Source: an uncultured Olsenella sp.
Lineage (GTDB): Bacteria > Actinomycetota > Coriobacteriia > Coriobacteriales > Atopobiaceae
NCBI GenBank assembly: GCA_949290055.1
Contig: CASEQJ010000002.1
Span: forward strand, 38,010-102,009
DNA: 64,000 bases
Reading direction: 5' to 3'
Notes under the pieces: generated by a model
What the model was told of the DNA's origin: nothing
The model's input: the letters and a program-made list of their open reading frames with translations, nothing else
Databases searched by the model: none
Part shown: one piece after another, positions 1-8,848 of the stretch
How the letters are laid out: the number at the start of each line of letters is the position of its first letter
Numbering within the stretch: the stretch's first letter is position 1
Translations under genes and position numbers: made by a program

Positions 1-1
1 G

Positions 2-172
2 CCGGTGATTCGCATGCGCCTGCCGTTCGTGAACGTGCTCTCCGTGACGCAGGCCCTCGCGCTGCGCCGTCTGCGCGCCGGCGATCTTGCGCCGGAGGAG
101 CGCGACGCGCTCACCTACCTCATTCTCTGTACCGTCTCCGGTGTCGCTGCGGGCCTGCAGAACACGGGGTGA
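2..172 (+). CDS. 3' end of an upstream CDS (last 56 aa, hydrophobic C-terminus; product not identified)
   Basis: The frame starting at nt 2 is open from the window edge to TGA at 170-172 (...LTYLILCTVSGVAAGLQNTG*). It is absent from the ORF track because no start codon lies in the window. Confidence 0.4.
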   Translation, partial: PVIRMRLPFVNVLSVTQALALRRLRAGDLAPEERDALTYLILCTVSGVAAGLQNTG

Positions 173-512
173 TACGAGCCTTTGTCCTTCTCGGCAAAGG
201 GTCCCGCGGTCCTCAGAATCACCGTTCTGGCAGGGTTGTATCGAGAGGGCTCCTCGAATAACCCGACTTGGCGCAAAATGGTCTGCCAGATTGGCGATTT
301 AGAGGATGGTGCCGAGAAGAACCCCAGCTCGCGAATCGCAACGCGTGCCAAACCTCCCAATTTGAGGAAACCGCCCGGCGAAGCGATTCGGCCAATGGCC
401 GCATAAAGTTTCCTTGCTGTAACTCATTCGGTGAACGGTGCTTGCTTCGGCAGAAGTTAGTCGTATATTACTTGTCGTGAGTTGACGAAGGATAACTTCT
501 AGGGAGGCCGTC

Positions 513-743
513 ATGGCACAACCGCAGCTTCCGCTGGCGATGGCGGGCACGGACGAGGTCGTGCGCGTCGCGAGCGTGCGCGGGGACGCTGCCCTGCGTC
601 AGCACCTCTCAGAGCTCGGCTTTGTCGAGGGGGCCGAGGTCAAGGTCGTCTCGCGCGCCGCCGGGGACGTCATCGTGACCGTCAAGGGCGCGCGCCTCGC
701 GCTCAACCGCTCCATGGCGAGCCACATCACCGTGTCTATCTAA
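513..743 (+). CDS. feoA: FeoA family ferrous-iron transport protein
   Basis: 76-aa ORF with a FeoA-like pattern (VVRVASVRGD...LSELGFVEGAEVKVV...GDVIVTVKGARLAL). An SD-like GGGAGG precedes the ATG. It heads a feoA-feoA-feoB cluster. Confidence 0.8.
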   Translation: MAQPQLPLAMAGTDEVVRVASVRGDAALRQHLSELGFVEGAEVKVVSRAAGDVIVTVKGARLALNRSMASHITVSI

Positions 744-796
744 ATGATCCAAAAGGGGTCTGTCCCCTTTTGGGTCATCGGGAAGAAGGGAAGGCT

Positions 797-1036
797 ATGG
801 CAACACTCAGGGACGTGAAGGTGGGGGAGAGCTGCACCGTGGCCGCGCTCACGGGCGCCGGAGCCCTCAAGCGCCGGATCATGGACATGGGCCTCACCAA
901 GGGCACGCGTGTCCACGTGCGCAAGGTGGCGCCGCTCGGTGACCCGCTGGAGCTCACGGTGCGCGGCTACGAGCTCTCGATCCGCAAGGACGAGGCGGCC
1001 TCGATCGAGGTCACGGACGTGTCCAGGGGCGAGTAG
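797..1036 (+). CDS. feoA: FeoA family ferrous-iron transport protein (second copy)
   Basis: MATLRDVKVGESCTV...LKRRIMDMGLTKGTRVHVRKVAPLGDPLELTVRGYELSIRKDEA is typical of FeoA. A GGAAGAAGGGAAGG SD precedes ATG 797, so the ORF-track start at 770 is probably too early. Confidence 0.8.
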   Translation: MATLRDVKVGESCTVAALTGAGALKRRIMDMGLTKGTRVHVRKVAPLGDPLELTVRGYELSIRKDEAASIEVTDVSRGE

Positions 1037-1164
1037 CGCGGACGAGAAGAACCTTGCGCAGCAGGCACGGCCGGGAGCGGCCGTTTTTCTCGCCCAACGA
1101 GTTAACCTTATCTAACAAATGGTACCACACAAGTAGCAATTAGCTAACTTGAGAAAGGCAGGAC

Positions 1165-3414
1165 ATGGCAGAGACAACCATAGGTCTCGCAGGAAACCCA
1201 AACTGCGGCAAGACCACGCTGTTCAACGAGCTCACGGGCTCAAACGGGTATGTGGGCAACTGGCCCGGCGTCACCGTGGAGAAGAAGCAGGCCGCCTGGC
1301 GCGCAAACCCTGACGTCACCTTCGTCGACCTGCCCGGAATCTACTCGCTCTCGCCGTACACGCCCGAGGAGGTCGTCTCGCGCGACTACCTGGTGGGGGA
1401 GCGCCCCGACGCCGTGATCAACCTCGTTGACGTCACCAACCTCGAGCGCAGCCTCTACCTCACCACGCAGCTCCTTGAGGCCGGGCGTCCCGTCGTCGTG
1501 GGCCTCAACATGTGCGACCTGCTCAAGGAGCAGGGCGACGTCATCGACGCCGCCGCCCTCTCGGAGCGTCTGGGCGTGCCGGTGGTCCAGGTCTCCGCCC
1601 TGCGCAACACCAACCTCCACGAGCTCGTCAAGAAGGCCGTCGCCGCCGGCCAGGCGGGCAGGGTCCAGCCGGGCGCCAAGTGCTTCTCGCCTGAGGTTGA
1701 GGACGCGCTCGGCAAGATCGCCCAGCTCATTTCTGGCAGCTGTGACGCCAACCTCGTGCGCTGGTACTCGATCAAGGTCTTTGAGCGCGACGCCGAGGCT
1801 GTGAAGGCTCTGCACCTCTCCTCCGCCCAGCTGGGGCAGGCCGAGAAGATCGTGCGCTCCGTGGAGGAGTCCCGCGACGACGATGCCGAGTCCATCATCA
1901 CCTCCGACCGCTACGACTGGATCGGCGAGGTCATGGCCGCCTGCGTCAAGAAGGCGCCCAAGAAGCTCAGCATGTCCGAGAGGATCGACAAGGTCGTGAC
2001 CAGCCGCGTGCTGGGTCTGCCGATCTTTGTGGCGGTCATGTTCGTCGTGTACTACATCGCTGTCTCCACGGTGGGCGACTGGGGAACCGTCTGGGCCAAC
2101 GACGAGGTCTTCGGCGAGGGCTGGGAGCTCTTTGGCATGGCGATTCCGTCCATCCCTGCGGTGGTCGAGGGCTGGCTCTCCGCGGCGGGTGCCTCTGATA
2201 TGGTGAGCTCGCTCGTGCTCGACGGCATCGTGGGTGGCGTGGGCTCGGTCCTCGGCTTCATTCCGCAGATGCTCGTGCTGTTCATGATGCTTGCGTTCCT
2301 CGAGGACTGCGGCTACATGAGCCGCGTGGCCTTTGTCATGGACCGCCTGTTCCGCCGCTTTGGCCTCTCGGGCAAGAGCTTCATCCCGTTTCTCATCTCC
2401 TCCGGCTGCGGCGTTCCCGGCGTCATGGCCACCAAGACCATTGAGAACGAGAAGGACCGCCGCATGACGGCCATGCTCACCACCATGATTCCGTGCGGCG
2501 CCAAGACCCCGATCATAGCGCTGGTCATGGGCGTGCTCGTGGGCGGCGCTGACGCCTGGTGGGTGGCCCCGATGTTCTACTTCCTCGGCCTCGCCGCGAT
2601 TGTGGTCTCCGCGCTCATGCTCAAGAAGACGCGCATGTTCGCCGGCGAGCCCGCGCCGTTTGTCATGGAGCTGCCCGACTACCACCTGCCCGCGCTCAAG
2701 AGCTGGTGGCTGCACGTGTGGGAGCGCATCTCCGCGTACCTCAAGAAGGCCGCGACGATCATCTTTGCCGCGTGCGTGATCGTGTGGTTCCTCTCGAACT
2801 TCGGCTTTGCCTCGTGGGAGGGCGGCGACGGCTCCTTCGGCTTTCTCGCCTCGCTGCCGGGCGCGCCCGAGTTCAGCGCCGACTACTCGCTGCTTGCCAT
2901 CGTGGCCGGTGCCATCTCGTGGATCTTCGCGCCGCTCGGCGCCGACAGCTGGCAGGCGACCGCCGCTTCCATAAACGCGCTTATCGCCAAGGAGAACCTG
3001 GTCTCCACCTTTGGCACGATCTTCGGCCTGGGCGAGGCCACCGAGGGCGACCCGGTCATGTGGCAGGCCTTTGCGGCCATGTTCACCGACGGCGCGGGCG
3101 TCATGCACGCGGGTGCCATGTGCGCGTTCGTGGCGTTCAACATGCTCGACGCCCCGTGCTTCGCGGCCATCGGCACCATCCGCAGGCAGATGGACTCGCC
3201 CAAGTGGTTCTGGTTCGCGATCGGCTACCAGTGCGTCTTTGCCTGGTGCGTGGGCCTGATTATCAACCAGCTCTGGGAGCTCTTCGCGCTGGGGAACTTC
3301 GGCGCGTGGACCGTGGTGGCGTTTGTGCTGCTCGCGGGCATGATTTTCCAGATTGCGCGTCCGATGCCCAAGTCCGAGCAGGCTGACGAGAAGATTCTCG
3401 CCCAGCTCGCCTAA
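1165..3414 (+). CDS. feoB: Ferrous iron transporter FeoB
   Basis: 749 aa. N-terminal G domain with GNPNCGKTTLFN (G1), DLPGIYSL (G3) and NMCD (G4), followed by a long polytopic membrane domain. Confidence 0.95.
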   Translation: MAETTIGLAGNPNCGKTTLFNELTGSNGYVGNWPGVTVEKKQAAWRANPDVTFVDLPGIYSLSPYTPEEVVSRDYLVGERPDAVINLVDVTNLERSLYLTTQLLEAGRPVVVGLNMCDLLKEQGDVIDAAALSERLGVPVVQVSALRNTNLHELVKKAVAAGQAGRVQPGAKCFSPEVEDALGKIAQLISGSCDANLVRWYSIKVFERDAEAVKALHLSSAQLGQAEKIVRSVEESRDDDAESIITSDRYDWIGEVMAACVKKAPKKLSMSERIDKVVTSRVLGLPIFVAVMFVVYYIAVSTVGDWGTVWANDEVFGEGWELFGMAIPSIPAVVEGWLSAAGASDMVSSLVLDGIVGGVGSVLGFIPQMLVLFMMLAFLEDCGYMSRVAFVMDRLFRRFGLSGKSFIPFLISSGCGVPGVMATKTIENEKDRRMTAMLTTMIPCGAKTPIIALVMGVLVGGADAWWVAPMFYFLGLAAIVVSALMLKKTRMFAGEPAPFVMELPDYHLPALKSWWLHVWERISAYLKKAATIIFAACVIVWFLSNFGFASWEGGDGSFGFLASLPGAPEFSADYSLLAIVAGAISWIFAPLGADSWQATAASINALIAKENLVSTFGTIFGLGEATEGDPVMWQAFAAMFTDGAGVMHAGAMCAFVAFNMLDAPCFAAIGTIRRQMDSPKWFWFAIGYQCVFAWCVGLIINQLWELFALGNFGAWTVVAFVLLAGMIFQIARPMPKSEQADEKILAQLA

Positions 3415-3621
3415 TGACGAAAAGGGACAGCTCCTTTTCGCCGCATGGGCGCGTCGCCGAGTCCCGGCGGCGCGCCCAATTTTATCTGGGTACTTTTTTC
3501 GGAGGCTACCGAGTATCCGGGGAACGATTGCCCAAAGACCCGCAGGTAGAAAATTGGTACTGTTTGGGTAGTACTTAAGGAGGCACGAAAAAAGTACCCA
3601 GACAACGAAAGAGGCCCCCAG

Positions 3622-4431
3622 ATGCTCGACAACATCCCCCAGGCGCTCGCATGGGCCGCGCTCGGCTGCGGCTTCACCTGGCTTATGACCACGGCGGGCT
3701 CGGCGGTCGTGTTCTTCTTCCGCTCTGAGCGCAAGCTCATGCACCACATCTTCCTCGGCTTTGCCGCGGGCGTCATGGTGGCGGCGAGTGTGTGGTCGCT
3801 GCTCAACCCGGCGATCGAGCAGGCCGAGGGACTCGGCGTGCCCGGTTGGCTCCCCGCAGCGGGTGGCTTTCTCCTGGGCGTGGCCTTCCTCATGGCGCTC
3901 GACACGCTGCTGCCGCACCTGCACGCCGACGCGGACCAGCCGGAGGGCCTGCCCTCGGGCTGGAAGCGCACGACCCTGCTCGTCTCGGCGGTGACGCTGC
4001 ACAACATACCGGAGGGCATGTCGGTGGGGCTGCTCTTTGCCATGGCGGCGCAGACCGCTGGGGCGGCGGGGGAGGCCTACCTTGGCATGGCCGTGGCGCT
4101 TGCCGTGGGCATTGGTCTGCAGAACTTCCCGGAGGGCGCTGCCGTCGCGCTGCCGCTCGCGCGCGAGGGCATGAGCCGGCGCCGCGCCTTCACCATGGGT
4201 AGCCTCTCCGGCGTCGTGGAGCCTGTGTTTGGCGTGCTCGTGGTCCTGGCCAGCGGTTGGATCGCTCCGTACATGCCGTGGCTGCTTTCCTTCGCCGCCG
4301 GTGCCATGATCTACGTTGTGGTGGAGGAGCTCGTCCCCGAGGCGCACCTCGGCGAGCACTCCAACGTGGGGACGCTCGGGTTCATTGCGGGTTTCGTTGT
4401 GATGATGGTCCTTGACGTGGCGCTGGGGTGA
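3622..4431 (+). CDS. ZIP family (ZupT-like) divalent metal transporter
   Basis: 269 aa, multi-TM, with the paired motifs HNIPEGMSVG and LQNFPEGAAVA characteristic of ZIP/ZupT. Confidence 0.85.
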   Translation: MLDNIPQALAWAALGCGFTWLMTTAGSAVVFFFRSERKLMHHIFLGFAAGVMVAASVWSLLNPAIEQAEGLGVPGWLPAAGGFLLGVAFLMALDTLLPHLHADADQPEGLPSGWKRTTLLVSAVTLHNIPEGMSVGLLFAMAAQTAGAAGEAYLGMAVALAVGIGLQNFPEGAAVALPLAREGMSRRRAFTMGSLSGVVEPVFGVLVVLASGWIAPYMPWLLSFAAGAMIYVVVEELVPEAHLGEHSNVGTLGFIAGFVVMMVLDVALG

Positions 4432-4684
4432 GCTAGTAAACCATAGTTAACTTATGGAGAAGCCGTGAATCCCACTGCGACGGTGGGATTACCCGTGAGT
4501 TACCCTATACTAACAACCGTGCCGAAAACAACAGCGACTCGAAAACCCGGCACGTTTCGTTTAACCCTGCCCGAGCGACGGCCCCTCTCCCCGTCGCGAA
4601 CGGCGCACCCAAGCGCCGCCTGCCCACCCCTCAAGGCAGGCGGCGCGTTATTTCAGGCGCAGGCATTGACGCTGCAACGCAAAT

Positions 4685-4744
4685 GGCCCCGGGTTTCCGG
4701 AGAGAAGTTCCGCGCAGCGCACTTCTCGTAGGAAACCCGGGGCC
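4685..4744. terminator. Nested perfect hairpin between convergent ZIP and gpmA genes (REP-like, probable bidirectional terminator)
   Basis: The outer 14-bp stem is GGCCCCGGGTTTCC/GGAAACCCGGGGCC and the inner 7-bp stem is GAGAAGT/ACTTCTC. The core GAGAAGTTCCGCGCAGCGCACTTCTC recurs at 11029-11054 in inverted orientation with 1 mismatch. Confidence 0.6.
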
Positions 4745-4767
4745 CTTCCCGAGCGCTCAGTGGCAGG

Positions 4768-5538
4768 CTACTTGGCCTTGCCCTGGTTGGCGACGGCGTT
4801 GATCTTGGCCTCGATGGTGGCGGGGTCGCCAATGTAGTGCTTGTCGACGACGTTCCAGTCCTTGTCGAAGGTGTAGGCGCACGGCACGCCGGTCGGGATG
4901 TTGACCTCGAGGATCTCCTCGGGGGTCAGCTTCTCGAACTGCATGACGAGGGCGCGCAGGCTGTTGCCGTGGGCGGCGATCAGCACGCGCTTGCCGGCCT
5001 CCATCTGCGGCTTGATCTCGGCCTCAAAGTACGGCCAGGCGCGGGCGATGGTGTCCTTGAGGCACTCGGTGTAGGGGAGGTCCTCCTTGGGCACGTCGCG
5101 GAACATCTCCTGGACGTGGGGGTCGCGCTCGTCGCCGGGCTCGAGGGCGGGCGGCTGGACGTCAAAGGAGCGACGCCAGATCTTGACCTGGTCCTCGCCG
5201 TGCTCGGCGGCGGCGTCGGCCTTGTTCAGGCCCTGGAGGGCGCCGTAGTGGCGCTCGTTGAGCTGCCAGGCCTTGTGGACGGGCAGCCAGTTGCGGTCGA
5301 GCTCGTCGAGCACGCAGTTGAGCGTGTGGATGGCGCGCTTGAGCAGCGAGGTGTAGCACACGTCGAAGTCAAAGCCGGCCTCCTTGAGGGCCTTGCCGCC
5401 CGCGTGGGCCTCCTCGCGACCGGTGTCGGTGAGGTCGACGTCGGTCCAGCCGGTGAAGAGGTTGAGCTTGTTCCACTCGGACTCGCCGTGGCGGACGATG
5501 ACGAGCTGCATGGTCTGATCGTCGTTCATTGGAGACAC
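4768..5538 (-). CDS. gpmA: 2,3-bisphosphoglycerate-dependent phosphoglycerate mutase
   Basis: VIVRHGESEWNKLNLFTGWTDVDL (RHGE phosphohistidine motif) and IAAHGNSLRAL (second His motif). Length is about 250 aa. Confidence 0.95.
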   Translation of the reverse strand: MSPMNDDQTMQLVIVRHGESEWNKLNLFTGWTDVDLTDTGREEAHAGGKALKEAGFDFDVCYTSLLKRAIHTLNCVLDELDRNWLPVHKAWQLNERHYGALQGLNKADAAAEHGEDQVKIWRRSFDVQPPALEPGDERDPHVQEMFRDVPKEDLPYTECLKDTIARAWPYFEAEIKPQMEAGKRVLIAAHGNSLRALVMQFEKLTPEEILEVNIPTGVPCAYTFDKDWNVVDKHYIGDPATIEAKINAVANQGKAK

Positions 5539-5640
5539 GTCCCTTCTCGATGCGGAGTTTGTGCGGCGGGCGCCGCGCTACGTATATAGTAGCCGGAACG
5601 GGTATAGTTGACCTTGGTTAACACAAAAACATTCTCCCCA

Positions 5641-5850
5641 ATGGAGTGGCGTATGGGACCGGTGGATCTTCTCGTCATAGTGGTCGTCGCAGTGCTGTTC
5701 GTGCTTGCCGTTCGCTCGGTTGTGCGCCGCGGCGCCGATGGCTGCTCCGACTGCGGAAGCAAGGACGGTTGCTCCGCGCACGCGACGGGCGGTCCGTGCC
5801 CTGCTGCCCGACGCATGCTCGAGGACGTGGAGAAAAACCTCGGCGCGTGA
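5641..5850 (+). CDS. Small Cys-rich single-TM protein (resembles FeoB-associated Cys-rich membrane proteins)
   Basis: MEWRMGPVDLLVIVVVAVLFVLAVRSVVRRG is followed by a Cys cluster, DGCSDCGSKDGCSAH...GGPC. The start could be 5641 or 5653. The family call is pattern-based only. Confidence 0.5.
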   Translation: MEWRMGPVDLLVIVVVAVLFVLAVRSVVRRGADGCSDCGSKDGCSAHATGGPCPAARRMLEDVEKNLGA

Positions 5851-5871
5851 GACAGAGCAGCGTGCCACGGT

Positions 5872-6087
5872 GCAAAACGGCCGCTCGTGTGATGAAACCG
5901 CCGCTTCAGAAGCAAAACATTCGCTCGTGTGATGGGTTTTGGACGCGGAGCGGCGACGCGTTTTGCAAAACCCCAGTTGAAAAATCAAATACTGAATCAA
6001 TATGGCGCTTGAGACCAGAAAACCAATCACACGAGCCCCCGTTTTGCTCTCCACGAGCCGAAAACATCACACGAGCGGACGTTTTGC
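5872..6087. repeat. Four-copy ~23-nt repeat array (2 direct + 2 inverted) around a central palindrome, upstream of the GS gene
   Basis: GCAAAAC-N5-GCTCGTGTGATG occurs at 5872-5894 and 5912-5934. Its reverse complements are at 6026-6047 and 6065-6087. A perfect palindrome GTTTTGCAAAAC sits at 5960-5971. Confidence 0.85.
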
Positions 6088-6218
6088 AGAATCTCAGCGG
6101 ATCGTCTCATGCGCGGCGGCCGCTCCGCGCGCCACGCCTCGCCGGTAACAGTGGCGAAACACTCTTGTGAGAACCTCCTCTGGACTATGACCTTCGGCGC
6201 CGTCGGAGAGGAATCCGC

Positions 6219-7559
6219 ATGAGCAGCGAGAAAGACATTGACTTCGTCCTGCGCACCGTCGAGAAGCGCGACATTCGCTTCGTGCAGCTGTGGTTTACGG
6301 ACGTGCTGGGCAACCTCAAGTGCTTCGCGATCTCCCCGGAGGAGCTCGAGGAGGCCTTCGAGGAGGGCATCGGCTTCGACGGCTCGGCCGTGGACGGCTT
6401 TGCCTCGCTCGAGGAGTCGGACATGCTGGCGTTCCCGGACCCGGCTACCTTCGCGTTGCTCCCGTGGCGCCCCAAGGAGTCCGGCGTGGCGCGCGTCTTC
6501 TGCGACGTCTACACCCCGTCGCGCGAGCCCTTCGAGGGCGACCCGCGCCGCTGCCTGCGCAGGGTCTTTGCCCGCGCCGACGAGCAGGGTCTCGTGCCCA
6601 ATGTGGGTCCCAAGATCGAGTACTTCTACTTCGACAACGACCTCGACCCCGTGCCGCTCGACACCGCCGGCTACTTTGACCTCACGCCCATGGACCGTGC
6701 CAACGACCTGCGTCGCCAGACCACGCTCACGCTCGAGAAGATGTCCATTCCGGTGCAGTACTCCTACCATGCCGCCGGCCCGTCCCAAAACGGCGTCGAG
6801 CTGCGCTTCACCGAGGCCGTGAGCTGCGCGGACAACATCATGACCGCGCGCCTGGTCATCAAGCAGGAGGCCGCCGGCCAGGGCATGTTCGCCTCGTTCA
6901 TGCCCAAGCCCATTGCCAGCGCGCCAGGCTCGGCCATGTACCTCTACCAGTCCCTTCTCGACCACGACGGCGAGAACCTCTTCTGGGGTCCCAAGGAGCT
7001 CCACCCCGCGCACCTCTCCGAGCTCGCGCAGCACTACATTGCGGGCGTCCTCAAGTACGCGCCGGAGTTCACGCTGGTCACCAACCCCACGGTCAATTCC
7101 TACAAGCGCTTCGTCTCCACCGGTGAGGTGCCCACGCACGCCACCTGGGGCCGCAAGAACCGCTCCGCGCTCGTGCGCATTCCCACGCACAAGCCGGGCA
7201 AGCACATTGCCACTCGCATAGAGCTGCGCAGCCCCGATCCCACGGCCAACCCCTACCTGGCGCTCGCCGTGACCATCGCCGCCGGCCTGCGCGGCATAGA
7301 GGAGGGCCTGCCCATGCCGGAGGAGTCCACGTGCGACACCTTCGCCGCGCCCGACCGCGAGCTCGAGGCCAAGGGGATTCAGCGTCTGCCGCGCACCCTC
7401 GGCGAGGCGATTGACCGCTTCGAGTCCTCCGACCTCATGCGCGAGGTCCTCGGTGAGCACATCTTCACCTACTTCGTGCGCGAGAAGCGCCGCGAGTGGG
7501 AGGAGTTCTGCACGTCCGTGACCGACTGGGAGCGCGAGCACTACTACGGCGGCGTGTAG
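6219..7559 (+). CDS. glnA: Glutamine synthetase family protein (type I fold)
   Basis: 446 aa with FDGSAVDGF, NRSALVRIP and ELRSPDPTANPYL. The canonical GSGMH ATP-site motif reads GSAMY here, so a GS-like (gamma-glutamyl-amine ligase) paralogue cannot be excluded. Confidence 0.8.
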   Translation: MSSEKDIDFVLRTVEKRDIRFVQLWFTDVLGNLKCFAISPEELEEAFEEGIGFDGSAVDGFASLEESDMLAFPDPATFALLPWRPKESGVARVFCDVYTPSREPFEGDPRRCLRRVFARADEQGLVPNVGPKIEYFYFDNDLDPVPLDTAGYFDLTPMDRANDLRRQTTLTLEKMSIPVQYSYHAAGPSQNGVELRFTEAVSCADNIMTARLVIKQEAAGQGMFASFMPKPIASAPGSAMYLYQSLLDHDGENLFWGPKELHPAHLSELAQHYIAGVLKYAPEFTLVTNPTVNSYKRFVSTGEVPTHATWGRKNRSALVRIPTHKPGKHIATRIELRSPDPTANPYLALAVTIAAGLRGIEEGLPMPEESTCDTFAAPDRELEAKGIQRLPRTLGEAIDRFESSDLMREVLGEHIFTYFVREKRREWEEFCTSVTDWEREHYYGGV

Positions 7560-7987
7560 GCTGCCTCTAGGAAAAGCCGCCCTTGTCCAGAGGGCGCCTA
7601 GGAATCGCGGCTCTTGTCGCGTGAGGCTCTGCAAAACATGATCCTTCTTGTCCAATTGCCGAGAAAACTCGCTTTTGGGCGAGAAGAACCTGCAAGGTCC
7701 CGAATTTCTAGACGGCCGTATGACAAGGGTGCCGTTTCTTAGAAGCGCCCATGACAAGGTCGGAGATTTCTAGATCGGACGCGTTGTCCTTTTCGACGGG
7801 CGAGAAGGGCGACGCCGTCATGTCAATCTTGTTAAGTAACCCATGCGTCGTGGGTCGGACCCGCGACGTTGGAGCAAACTTTTCACTTGGCGACGGGCGG
7901 GGCATGCGCCCTGACACGGGAAGACCCGTGCCTCCGTCGGGAAAGGGCGTGACCACGCGCCAAAGCTTTGGGGGAAGGAACCCAGAC

Positions 7988-8827
7988 ATGAAGAGCATGA
8001 CCAGAAGGAACTTTCTGACCGTCGCGGGTGCGCTCGCGGGCACCGCCACCCTCGCCGGTTGCGGCGGCGAGCAGGCCGAGCAGACCGACCAGGCTGCCGA
8101 CGACACCGCTGACGACGCCGCCGACGGCGACCTCGGCCTCGTGACCGAGGGCTCGATCACCTTTGCCGTCTCGCCCGACTACCCGCCCTTCGAGAACCTC
8201 GTGGACGGCGAGTACGTGGGCCTGGACATGGACCTTGGTCGTGCGGTGGCCGAGCAGCTCGGCCTCGAGTGCGTCTACACCAACATTGACTTTGACGGCA
8301 TCGTCCCGGCCATTGTCGCCGGCGGCCAGGCCGATGCGGGCCTCTCGGGCATCTCCATTACCCCCGACCGCGAGGACGAGGTCAACTTCACCACGCCCTA
8401 CTACATTGACAACCAGGCCGTTGCCACCCTCTCCTCCAACACCGACGTTACCGAGGAGAACGCCGCCGAGGTCCTCAACACCGCCGACATGACGATCGCC
8501 GTCCAGAGCGGCTCGACCGGTGCCGACTTTGCCGCCGAGAACTTCCCCAACGCCGAGCAGCTCGCGTTCCCGCAGTTCACCGACGCCTTTGCCGCCGTCT
8601 CCGCCGGCCAGGCCAACGCCGTCTGCGGCAACCTCGCCGTGGTCGAGCAGATGCTCGCGGGCGCCTACACCGACCAGCACGTCGTGCTCACCTCCGCCAC
8701 CGGCGAGGAGTACGCCATCTGCGTCAACAAGGACAACGAGGCCCTGCTCGACGCCATCAACGACGCCCTCGCCACCCTCCAGGAGGACGGCACGATCGAC
8801 GAGCTCATCGCCGCTAACATGGGCTAA
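7988..8827 (+). CDS. Amino-acid ABC transporter substrate-binding lipoprotein (family 3 SBP)
   Basis: Tat/lipobox signal MKSMTRRNFLTVAGALAGTATLAGC. A GGGGGAAGGAA SD precedes ATG 7988. SBP core ITFAVSPDYPPFE...GISITPDRE. The ORF-track start at 7751 is rejected. Confidence 0.85.
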   Translation: MKSMTRRNFLTVAGALAGTATLAGCGGEQAEQTDQAADDTADDAADGDLGLVTEGSITFAVSPDYPPFENLVDGEYVGLDMDLGRAVAEQLGLECVYTNIDFDGIVPAIVAGGQADAGLSGISITPDREDEVNFTTPYYIDNQAVATLSSNTDVTEENAAEVLNTADMTIAVQSGSTGADFAAENFPNAEQLAFPQFTDAFAAVSAGQANAVCGNLAVVEQMLAGAYTDQHVVLTSATGEEYAICVNKDNEALLDAINDALATLQEDGTIDELIAANMG

Positions 8828-8848
8828 GCCGCACCCGCATTCCAGGAC

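Noticed and set aside
1132-1150. IdeR/DtxR-like iron box between feoA and feoB (palindrome TTAGCTAA within AGTAGCAATTAGCTAACTT).
   Set aside because: Only an 8-bp palindrome is present, one base short of the 19-bp TTAGGTTAGGCTAACCTAA architecture. The match is too weak to call.
1240-4359. Very long antisense ORF (1039 aa, minus strand) spanning feoB and the ZIP gene. Similar giants occur at 6027-7757(-), 12012-13508(-), 15327-17087(+), 19525-21753(-), 24872-27628(+), 27276-29069(+), 31847-33799(+), 36282-38174(+), 46657-49092(-), 54211-56667(-) and 61595-63859(-).
   Set aside because: They are shadow ORFs typical of GC-rich DNA. Their composition is low-complexity R/G/A/H/D/E-rich with no recognisable motifs. 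Each lies exactly opposite, or out of frame with, a gene that has clear family motifs.
5872-6087. Possible CRISPR-like array, because of repeated ~23-nt units.
   Set aside because: There are only four units, two of them inverted, arranged symmetrically with irregular spacing and a central palindrome. No cas genes are present. It is not a CRISPR architecture.
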